A DNA stretch of 25,473 nt. It comes from Andalucia godoyi And28. Its lineage: Eukaryota; Protista; Jakobida. This document shows, one piece after another, positions 18,127 through 25,473 of this stretch. Made by a program: the position numbers and the translations under genes. The stretch is taken from positions 276,402 to 301,874 of the forward strand of contig VRVR01000032.1 in the NCBI GenBank assembly GCA_009859145.1, read 5' to 3'. Within the stretch, counting starts at the first letter, position 1, and each line of letters starts with the position of its first letter. Below the pieces are notes generated by a model. The model worked only from the letters and a program-made list of their open reading frames with translations. It was not told the DNA's origin and did not search any database.

Positions 18127-18969
18127 GCAAAAAGTGTGCTTTCCGACGACGTAAAATGATTATGATTTGTTGAGTGACAAAGAATCAAGGGTTTCGTTTT
18201 CGTTTTCCTGAAAACACCGGATGGCACCCGATATTGCTGAAACACAAAGACGGCTTCATGACGTTTTCTCCATTGGTTCCCCGTGCAACAATGTCCGTTG
18301 TGGCCCTCTATTCTCATGGACATTCATCAGAGGAGCATGAATATTCAACCTACTGAGTCGCCAATCGAGGTTTTCCATTCCGGGCTGCAGCTCTTCACCG
18401 ATGATAGTCACGCCCTGGCTGGTGCAGTTTCCTAGTAAAAGTGGTAACCACAGCGTCGCTGCCGTTTGATCGACTCGCCACAAACTCGGTCCGTGAAAGC
18501 GTTGATGTAGCTGTTTCGTTTCGACAGTTCTTCGATGGGCATGCCACGCTCGCGCGCTCGTTAAGTAGCATGATGGGTAGGTTTCAGCGAGGGGGAAGGT
18601 ACTGAAAGGTCTCCTACATGTTTGTTACACCACCATTGTCTGTTCTTATCCATGCTCGGCCAAATGTTCTTTGAAAATGTAAATGGTAAATGACAATAAG
18701 AAGGAGAGATGAAGAAACAAGTCAACACATCACGGGCCTTGTCCACCTCACCAATCCAGCCCTCTCCCGAGTATGAACCACGGTTGCGGCTGCGATTACG
18801 TTACTGCGACCGGCTCCTTGTTCTGATTGTTGAGTCAGAAACAACGTGACGGTCTTGCCGTGCGAATGACTTCCCGGGGGGTTCTTAGGGAACTGGATTG
18901 TAAATAGGAGATAGGACTGCGATCATACAAATGCGCACGGATTATGATGCAGAATGTTACGGGGATCAC

Positions 18970-19362
18970 TCATTCGTTTGTGAGATCGATGATGCCGGAC
19001 GACGCGGTCTCCGGAGTCGAGCTCCTTGCAATGTGTCCCCTCGTCCAGCTGGCACGAAGCAAGCCTGAATCCGACTCTAGGAACCCGATGGCACGCCTCA
19101 TATCTACTCCGTGTTCTGCAAAAACGACCAGCCAGCATTTGTGCTGACGATACAGCGAAGGACGAACTTCGATATCGAAACCAGCAGAGCGCATCGCATC
19201 GACCCATTCCTGCGACGGCGGATGGTAGGGCTTGGACGCTCCAAACAAAAGGTCGCCCATTTGGAATGCGTACGAAAGATGATCGTAGGCCATGTCCTGA
19301 TGCATGATCTGGGTTAAGAAGTGGAGAGAAGTGCAGTCTGTCTTTTTGATTTCAGAAGACAT
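18970..19362 (-). CDS. Hypothetical protein (130 aa)
   Basis: ATG-initiated ORF with protein-like composition, not overlapping a long gene; ends in IIDLTNE. No family recognised. Confidence 0.4.
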   Translation of the reverse strand: MSSEIKKTDCTSLHFLTQIMHQDMAYDHLSYAFQMGDLLFGASKPYHPPSQEWVDAMRSAGFDIEVRPSLYRQHKCWLVVFAEHGVDMRRAIGFLESDSGLLRASWTRGHIARSSTPETASSGIIDLTNE

Positions 19363-19397
19363 TAATTCATGAAGGCCGGCAGCACTCCATTTCTTCC

Positions 19398-19664
19398 ATG
19401 CTTGATGAAACCCCTGAATCCCTTTTGGCAGCAGGCAGGACGGTGATTACAGAGATTTGCGAATTGACGACTTTTCACGTATCGTTGGACACAGCTTTCA
19501 ACATTGCTACTCGAGGTGTGTCGGTTAGCCACGAACCGCAGGAAGTCTTGGAACCACGGGTTGACGAGACAGCCGGGGATTGCTGGAAGATACAAACTGT
19601 TTGGAGAACAGAAAAAGACTTCGTTTCCGATCCTGTTGTCGTTGTTAACCCCTGGAGTGCATGA
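19398..19664 (+). CDS. Possible short hypothetical protein (88 aa)
   Basis: ATG-initiated, with an AATAAA at 19701-19706 downstream. No homology recognised. Confidence 0.2.
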   Translation: MLDETPESLLAAGRTVITEICELTTFHVSLDTAFNIATRGVSVSHEPQEVLEPRVDETAGDCWKIQTVWRTEKDFVSDPVVVVNPWSA

Positions 19665-19707
19665 AACGGGTGCTGCTTTCACAGAAGACGCCGACCAGTC
19701 AATAAAG

Positions 19708-19780
19708 CTCTCTCACTCTCATTCTCTCACTCTCTCACTCTCTCTCTCACTCTCACACACACACACTCTCTCTCGCTCTC
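19708..19780. repeat. Imperfect (CT)n/(CA)n microsatellite
   Basis: ctctctcactctcattctctcactctctcactctctctctcactctcacacacacacactctctctcgctctc. Confidence 0.9.
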
Positions 19781-19857
19781 AATGACAGTATCCAGATGCT
19801 GCTCAAATGAATGACGAAAGCAAAGCAGATACAGTGATTCTTGTTTCATACGGCTTG

Positions 19858-19916
19858 TGATGACGGCAAGTACTTTTTGAAGATCCTGGAAGACTCATTG
19901 GCCAACGGATAGCATC
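19858..19916 (+). pseudogene. Frameshifted relic paralogous to the C-terminal domain of the PNP gene at 3420-5390
   Basis: 19858-19894 matches 5231-5266 at 33 of 37 aligned positions (3 substitutions, 1 inserted base). Correcting the frameshift gives DDGKYFLKILKTHWPTDSI versus DDGRYFLKILKTDSPADCI. There is an in-frame stop upstream at 19835-19837. Confidence 0.65.
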
Positions 19917-20381
19917 AGTCGTGAAGCGATGCTGCGTGCACTCGACGCACTGCCACGGGGACCGTTTGGTATCCACAAGAGGCGTCAAGGCATCCAATTG
20001 CGACAAGAAATGTTTTGCTCGGTGAGCTCTTTTCCACCAAGATGCACAGCAGGTGAAGAAAGTGAGTTGCGAGGAAAATATCAAATTGTCAATTGAAGCA
20101 AGAGAGCCTGTATGAGCAAAAGTGGATGAGGCGTGAAGACGGAGAGGGTTGCTCTAAGGCTCCTCCTCGGCTTTCAGTCTTTCACCCTTCATTGCAAGGA
20201 ATGACCAAGTCCCTCTGTTGGTTGTTGGAAAGTGCTATTCGCTTTGACGAGTAAGTTGTTAGGGATATTATTACCAAGAACAGAGAGAGATCTGAGCTTT
20301 TCTCTTAAAAGATTCATACTCTGCACATTGACGCTGATTTCTCAATCTGGAACAGTGCGGCGTTGAGCGGCGCACGGAGCA

Positions 20382-23300
20382 ATGAACCAGAATTTGGTGC
20401 AGCAATGGGAAGCCGTCAACCGACGAGAGTCATATGGAGTTTGGATGCCAGGGCCGCGACTGCAGACGATTCAAAATTTTTGGTCTGCAGCAGTGATGTC
20501 GAATGGCCGGATCTATGTGATCGGCAATGGTGATCAAGTCGAAATCCTCGATACGCCCGTGTCGAGCTCTGCTTCGGCATGGAGACGGACGAGAGGCCCC
20601 TCTCTGACTCGTGGTCTCCCTAGTTCCTGGACGGCCGTTGAACTCAATGGCGCTATTTTCTGTGTTGGTGGAAATGATGTGCACCGTCTTGAAGATTCTG
20701 CCGATGCGCAGTGGAGACTCCTTGATCCCAAATTGCGGTCTTTTCGTACCAGCCATTGTGCAGTATCGTTGAAGGGACGCATCTACGTTCTTGGCGGAAG
20801 TTCCGAACCGAACGACCTCTCTTCTATTGAGAATTACGATCCACAGAAGGATGGTTGGTTTCTTGAATCTCATTCCATGAATGTGGGTCGGAAGCAGTTT
20901 GCATCTGTGGCTGATCCCACGCACAAATGCATTTATGCGATTGGGGGATATTCGTATGAAGGAGGGCTTGCAAGTGTTGAGAGGCGTGATCTTCGAGCGG
21001 AAAAGTGGTCTCTTATGGCACCGATGAGTATGCGTCGCTATGGACATTCTGCAGTGTTTGTCTGTGGCTTGATCTATGCCATGGGAGGATGTGGAATTAG
21101 GAATGTCGAGATTTACGAACCTCGAATGAACAAGTGGTTTGAGGGTCCCAGCTTGAGTGTTGTGCGACATTATGGGGCCGCAGTGAGCATTGACAATCGC
21201 ATTCTTGCAATTGGAGGCAGTGATGAGGGGTCCACAGAAATCCTGCATCTCATTCTAGCTGCTGACTGTTCTGTGAGTGCTCGTTGCCGTGCAGTATCTT
21301 CCCCATCTTCCGAATCTGGGTTTGATCTGTGTCTCTCATCTGCCGAGTATCTTGTGCGCAACAAGGTTGTGGCTCCTTTGGAAACACCAACGAGTGATCC
21401 ATCGAATCGTTCTCTGCTGGATGACCTCGATGCATCGCGTCCGTTAGGATTCCCAGTTCCCAGTGTCAAAGAGGTGAAGATTGATATTTCCGATATCGAG
21501 ATTGATGATGACGTATGGGTCCGACCATCGCGCGTGCGTCTGCTGGTTGTGGGGAATGCACGAGTGGGAAAGACGAGCTTGATCAAGAACTTGTCGTCTG
21601 GTGGGACAGAATTTGATACGAATGAGAATTCAACGGAAGTGGGCGATGTGAAGACAATGGAGATATCCATACGAAATCATGCGTGGGTCGATACCACGCA
21701 TGGCACTGGAACAACGTTGCTGTCACGGTTGATGCAGCAGCAGGTTGAAAAAGGGAAGCCTGAGATGATGGCACCGCTTCGAAATACGGTTGATACGACT
21801 AGTGGCCAAGCAAGTGAAGAGCCAGCAATGCCTCCACCAGCTTCCGCCCACGTTGACAATTCAGCGAGTCCGACAACAGAGAGTCAAGTGCCATCTGGGT
21901 CCACTTCGCAACCATCACCGAATGTTCCTCGCGAGCGTGTGATTGCGACTGAACGCATCGATGTTACCACTCGAGTGTTGACAGAACTGGAGAAGGAAAC
22001 GCTATCGGTGAGCGTTCTTGATTTTGCGGGTCAAAACGTGTTTCGGGTTTTTGATCCACTCTTTTTCGGTACGAAGTCCCTGTATTTTTGTGTGTTTAAC
22101 TTACGGGTTCTGCACGATGCCCATGGAAAAGGTTTCCTGGAGAAGGCAATTGAGGAGAATGTCATTTCATGGCTGCGCATCATTGCCAATGTTGGTGCGT
22201 GCAATGTTTCAATGCACGGAACGTTGTCAAAGGTGGTGCTGATTGGAACACACGGTGGATTTGCACATAATGAGACTTCTCAACAGCGGGAAGCGTTTTT
22301 GAAGGCGATCAACGCATTCATCAAACGATTTCTGGAACAACCGCAGTTGGGTGCGTTTTTTGAAGTGTGTCGGTTCCGCAGCAATTTGTGTTTTATGATT
22401 GTCGAAAATAATCCTCGTCATCGCGATGATTCTTTGCGACAGGGGCAAGTGAGGATGATGAAGTGGCTCTCGAAAACGATTGAAGAATTCCATCGTCGTC
22501 TGCCAAAAGTTCTTCTACGTAACCTTGTTCTAGAGCAGATGTGCCGAGAATGCAAGGATGTTGTTCTCGCAGTAGACAGCATTCGCGATAGGATTCGAGG
22601 CATTGCCAGTGTGTGCAGGACGAATATCGAGATGAAGAAATGCTTTGATGACCTGGTTGCTCTGGGTTGCTTTTTTGCTTGTTCCTCGGATGGACACATG
22701 ATTGTTCTGCAACCGGATGCCTTCATCCAAACCTGTGCTCAGCTGATTCCGCAGACACAGGATCATAATGATGGTGATGTTGATAATAATGGCATTGATG
22801 ATGATGATAGCGATGATAATGGTCATGGCGAGGGTGTTGGTGGGATAATGAGTGTCCATCACTCAGAAAAGACTGTTTACAAGTATTTGTTGGAGAATGC
22901 TGGTATTATTCCGTATGAAACTGCGAAACTGATTCTGGAAGGGCATCTTCTTGCCAACGAGATTGGCCCTGCTGATTCTCACAGCTTGGTAGCAAATCAG
23001 GTTCTTGCGATGCTCGTCACGCTTGGTGTTGTGGTTCCAATGGACCCAGAATCCAAACTCGCATTTTTCCCACAGTGGCATCGCCATTGTGATTCGCTCA
23101 TAGGCTCTCCTGATACGCTTGAGAGTCGCTGGAAGACGGAATGCTCCGAGAAGGTTGGATTCAAGCTTGTTTCGTGCTCCGTGCGGTGCGTTGGTCTTGG
23201 ACACTTGATCGGGATCATTGACGGGATAGTCACGGATCTGCATTTCTGGCGTTTCATCACGTTCCTGGGAAAGCGGTCTCTGTATCCTGACATTTCTCTT

Positions 23301-25349
23301 AAGTCTCCCCCGGCACTGGGGCTTGATGTGATCGTTTGTCGTCCTAACGCTTCCGGTTCTGGTTCCTGTTCCTTGCAGTCCAGAATCCGTCTTGATCGAA
23401 AGCAGGGAACATCGTCGATCTTCCATTTTGATACACTGTCTTCCCCTCGTGAGACGGATGTGCCAGACTTGGTTGCCCTGTTGACAGCGTTTCTGAACGA
23501 GGATCTGATGTCCAAGTCTGTGCTTTCGTGTGAGCTGGTCGCCCCACCTGTCGTCCAGGTTGTGTCTGCTCGTGGTCCATCTCTTTCGTCCTGCACACGA
23601 TCCGAATTCACAGCCGCTTTCCATGCAAACATGAATCCTTTTCTCAATTATTTTGCAACTCATTATGAAGCAATTTTCACGGATGCAGTGCATGCCCTGT
23701 ATGACGTTAACCCTGGACTATCGGATGGCGTGTTGGCAATGGATAATCGAGAAGGCGCTGTGAAACGGTGGATGCAAATGATCGTTCTGAATCCGAAGCA
23801 TGAGGATGCATTTTCCCGTTTCCACGATTTCCTGTCTCACCATCATGTACTATTCGAGGATGTCAACGCCATTCTCTTTCCACCTTTTGCGAGTATTCCG
23901 ACCCGCGCTGCTTCCCAAGCGCCCACTGCGCATGGAGCGGCATCTTCGTCGCAGGCGTCGCGGCCACATGATGCACCCTTTTCAATCGGCAATCTTCCTT
24001 CCCGGTCGCAGTTTTTGCAGATTTACCACGAGAATGCCTCGTCCATCCATGACTATCTGGTCCAGCATGATCAGTTGATGAAGGATGCGGTTGCCAGCCT
24101 TCCAATTGCGCAAGGAAAAGGATGGACCAGTGTCCTGGCTCGCAAACTCGGGGAGTCGCCTCCGCAAGCTGCGCAGTGGTTTGTCGGCAGCTGTTTATCC
24201 GTCTCGGATCAGTCATTGAAAGACTTCTGGACTTTTCTCAATGTTCAAGGATCAAACATTCTGAACGGGTTCATTTCTGTTTTCAATGCCCATTCTCCAG
24301 GCATGCAGCACACACAGCCTGCTCGAGTGCCGCCCGGCGTTGGGATTATTCTGACTGTAACCCCCGAAGAGGGCACAGCCGTCAAAGTCGCATTCATCCA
24401 GCTGTGTGACGTTGGAAAGACAGCAAAGAATGTTTCAGAGAATAGTCGTAACCAGCTCCTGGAATCTCTTTGCGGGAAGGAGGATCCTTCCTTACCTGAC
24501 TTTTTGGATTTCAAGCGCGTGTCTGTGGAGTGCATTGAGGCCAGGACGAAGCTTTCCGACGACCACGACCATCTTCTGAGGTTCCAGACTTACGTTTTCC
24601 GAAACAAGAGCCGCGGCAATGCGGAAGTGTACCGGCTGCATCACATCAGCTTTGGCGACGTCCAAGGATCAGTTCATTTTGCGGTAGTCGTGCCCCAGTT
24701 ACTGCTGCATTTCAAGCCGTCGCACGTCCTTGTCTCGGGTGTTTGTGCCGGGTATCCGGGATACAACGACATTGGCTTCGGGACCGTCGTTGTGGCAACG
24801 GATGTGTTTAGTGTGACACAAGGCAAGGCGACGCACGAAAGCATGAAATTCGACATTGAAAGGATCACCCTGAATTCTGCGCCGGGTGCGAATCTCCAAG
24901 CACTGATCTCCAACACAGTGAGCGTGTGGAATGCAAAGATCGAGGATCCATCTTCTGGCATAGCGACGTTCATTGCGGCTTCCGCGGCCGCCAAAAGGAT
25001 GCCGAGTTCCACTTCCCCGAATGACATCCCGATCAAGGCCAATGCACTGACCGGCTCGATTGGCTGTGCAGTGGACTTTGTCAAGGAGGATCTCCAAAAC
25101 AAAGCAGGATGGGACCAGCTGCGCAGAGATACCGCATCCCGCAAGCTGCGTGCCATCGAGATGGAAGGCGTTGGAATTGCCAAGGCGATTGAGAATGAAC
25201 CCAGGAAACCAATCTTCTTGTTCCAAAAGGCAGTGATGGACTTCGCAGGATCGCGAACGGACGCTGCAAAGCCGTATGCTTCCTTCACTAGCGCTCTGTT
25301 CGCCGCGCAGTTCCTGTTCTGCAGTGTTCTGCCCGAGTTGTACGAGTAG
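20382..25349 (+). CDS. ROCO-family protein: Kelch propeller - Roc GTPase - COR - two tandem CARD/death-fold-like repeats - C-terminal PNP_UDP_1 nucleosidase domain
   Basis: About six Kelch repeats (e.g. GRIYVLGG..SIENYDPQKDGW; IYAIGGY..SVERRDLRAEKWSLMAPM). Roc G1 GNARVGKTS (21552-21578), G3 DFAGQ (22020-22034), G4-like LIGTH. COR-like LVALGCFF..IVLQPDAFIQ. PNP from about 24336: GIILTVTPEEG, VLVSGVCAG..GFGTVVVA, AIEMEG (25152-25169), QKAVMDFA..AKPYASFTSA. An in-frame TGA 18 nt upstream supports the ATG. Confidence 0.9.
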   Translation: MNQNLVQQWEAVNRRESYGVWMPGPRLQTIQNFWSAAVMSNGRIYVIGNGDQVEILDTPVSSSASAWRRTRGPSLTRGLPSSWTAVELNGAIFCVGGNDVHRLEDSADAQWRLLDPKLRSFRTSHCAVSLKGRIYVLGGSSEPNDLSSIENYDPQKDGWFLESHSMNVGRKQFASVADPTHKCIYAIGGYSYEGGLASVERRDLRAEKWSLMAPMSMRRYGHSAVFVCGLIYAMGGCGIRNVEIYEPRMNKWFEGPSLSVVRHYGAAVSIDNRILAIGGSDEGSTEILHLILAADCSVSARCRAVSSPSSESGFDLCLSSAEYLVRNKVVAPLETPTSDPSNRSLLDDLDASRPLGFPVPSVKEVKIDISDIEIDDDVWVRPSRVRLLVVGNARVGKTSLIKNLSSGGTEFDTNENSTEVGDVKTMEISIRNHAWVDTTHGTGTTLLSRLMQQQVEKGKPEMMAPLRNTVDTTSGQASEEPAMPPPASAHVDNSASPTTESQVPSGSTSQPSPNVPRERVIATERIDVTTRVLTELEKETLSVSVLDFAGQNVFRVFDPLFFGTKSLYFCVFNLRVLHDAHGKGFLEKAIEENVISWLRIIANVGACNVSMHGTLSKVVLIGTHGGFAHNETSQQREAFLKAINAFIKRFLEQPQLGAFFEVCRFRSNLCFMIVENNPRHRDDSLRQGQVRMMKWLSKTIEEFHRRLPKVLLRNLVLEQMCRECKDVVLAVDSIRDRIRGIASVCRTNIEMKKCFDDLVALGCFFACSSDGHMIVLQPDAFIQTCAQLIPQTQDHNDGDVDNNGIDDDDSDDNGHGEGVGGIMSVHHSEKTVYKYLLENAGIIPYETAKLILEGHLLANEIGPADSHSLVANQVLAMLVTLGVVVPMDPESKLAFFPQWHRHCDSLIGSPDTLESRWKTECSEKVGFKLVSCSVRCVGLGHLIGIIDGIVTDLHFWRFITFLGKRSLYPDISLKSPPALGLDVIVCRPNASGSGSCSLQSRIRLDRKQGTSSIFHFDTLSSPRETDVPDLVALLTAFLNEDLMSKSVLSCELVAPPVVQVVSARGPSLSSCTRSEFTAAFHANMNPFLNYFATHYEAIFTDAVHALYDVNPGLSDGVLAMDNREGAVKRWMQMIVLNPKHEDAFSRFHDFLSHHHVLFEDVNAILFPPFASIPTRAASQAPTAHGAASSSQASRPHDAPFSIGNLPSRSQFLQIYHENASSIHDYLVQHDQLMKDAVASLPIAQGKGWTSVLARKLGESPPQAAQWFVGSCLSVSDQSLKDFWTFLNVQGSNILNGFISVFNAHSPGMQHTQPARVPPGVGIILTVTPEEGTAVKVAFIQLCDVGKTAKNVSENSRNQLLESLCGKEDPSLPDFLDFKRVSVECIEARTKLSDDHDHLLRFQTYVFRNKSRGNAEVYRLHHISFGDVQGSVHFAVVVPQLLLHFKPSHVLVSGVCAGYPGYNDIGFGTVVVATDVFSVTQGKATHESMKFDIERITLNSAPGANLQALISNTVSVWNAKIEDPSSGIATFIAASAAAKRMPSSTSPNDIPIKANALTGSIGCAVDFVKEDLQNKAGWDQLRRDTASRKLRAIEMEGVGIAKAIENEPRKPIFLFQKAVMDFAGSRTDAAKPYASFTSALFAAQFLFCSVLPELYE
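22761..22826 (+). repeat. Asp/Asn-rich low-complexity insertion in the COR region
   Basis: GAT/AAT triplet expansion encoding DHNDGDVDNNGIDDDDSDDNGH. Confidence 0.75.
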
Positions 25350-25473
25350 CAAGGTTGTTCAGATATTCTTCAGTTTCTGATGGCGAAATGGTTGTCCGCA
25401 ATTCGTTGTACGTACTTCACCGTGTGAAAGGCTGAACGCTTGCGTCGTCAAATGAATTTTTCCAATGTATTGT

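Noticed and set aside
19360-19682. TAATG stop/start overlap between the 106-aa and 130-aa minus-strand ORFs, suggesting translational coupling
   Set aside because: The upstream ORF is antisense to another short ORF and has no recognisable features; no other operon-like signals occur in the window.
20251-20355. Possible 5' UTR intron (GTAAGT...AACAG) before the ROCO gene
   Set aside because: A single hexamer match is expected by chance in 25 kb and cannot be supported without transcript data; it would not change the CDS.
1-25473. Interpretation as a bacterial defence island or a giant-virus genome segment
   Set aside because: No operon structure or RBS and no viral hallmark genes; the UBR-box, GBP-TPR, N-glycosylated membrane protein and microsatellite favour eukaryotic nuclear DNA, although an endogenised origin of individual genes is not excluded.
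1-25473. tRNA, rRNA or other structured RNA genes
   Set aside because: No cloverleaf, T-loop consensus or rRNA-like segment was recognised by eye; a covariance-model scan would be needed to exclude them fully.

Overview
This window looks like DNA from a compact, intron-poor eukaryote, probably a protist. The taxonomy is inferred from Kelch, Roc-COR, GBP-type GTPase, TKL-like kinase, ankyrin and UBR-box domains, an N-glycosylated type I membrane protein, a CT/CA microsatellite, mixed gene orientation and no convincing Shine-Dalgarno sites. Five of the six long intronless ORFs encode domains associated with innate immunity or anti-phage defence. They are: (1) a GmrSD/type IV restriction-like DUF262-DUF1524 NTPase-HNH protein; (2) a divergently transcribed purine nucleoside phosphorylase (PNP_UDP_1)-fold protein with a winged-helix-like insertion; (3,4) two head-to-head paralogous GBP/atlastin-like GTPase-TPR proteins, one with C-terminal ankyrins and a UBR-box and one with an N-terminal helical domain and kinase; (5) a Kelch-Roc-COR protein followed by two tandem CARD/death-fold-like repeats and a C-terminal PNP domain. 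The best candidate for an undescribed system is this eukaryotic defence-island-like cluster, especially the ROCO-PNP receptor-effector fusion and the GmrSD-like nuclease. A tandem duplication with a 790-bp period at the start of the kinase-GBP gene has an indel-only junction and may be an assembly artefact. All domain calls come from motif reading by eye; no database searches were run.
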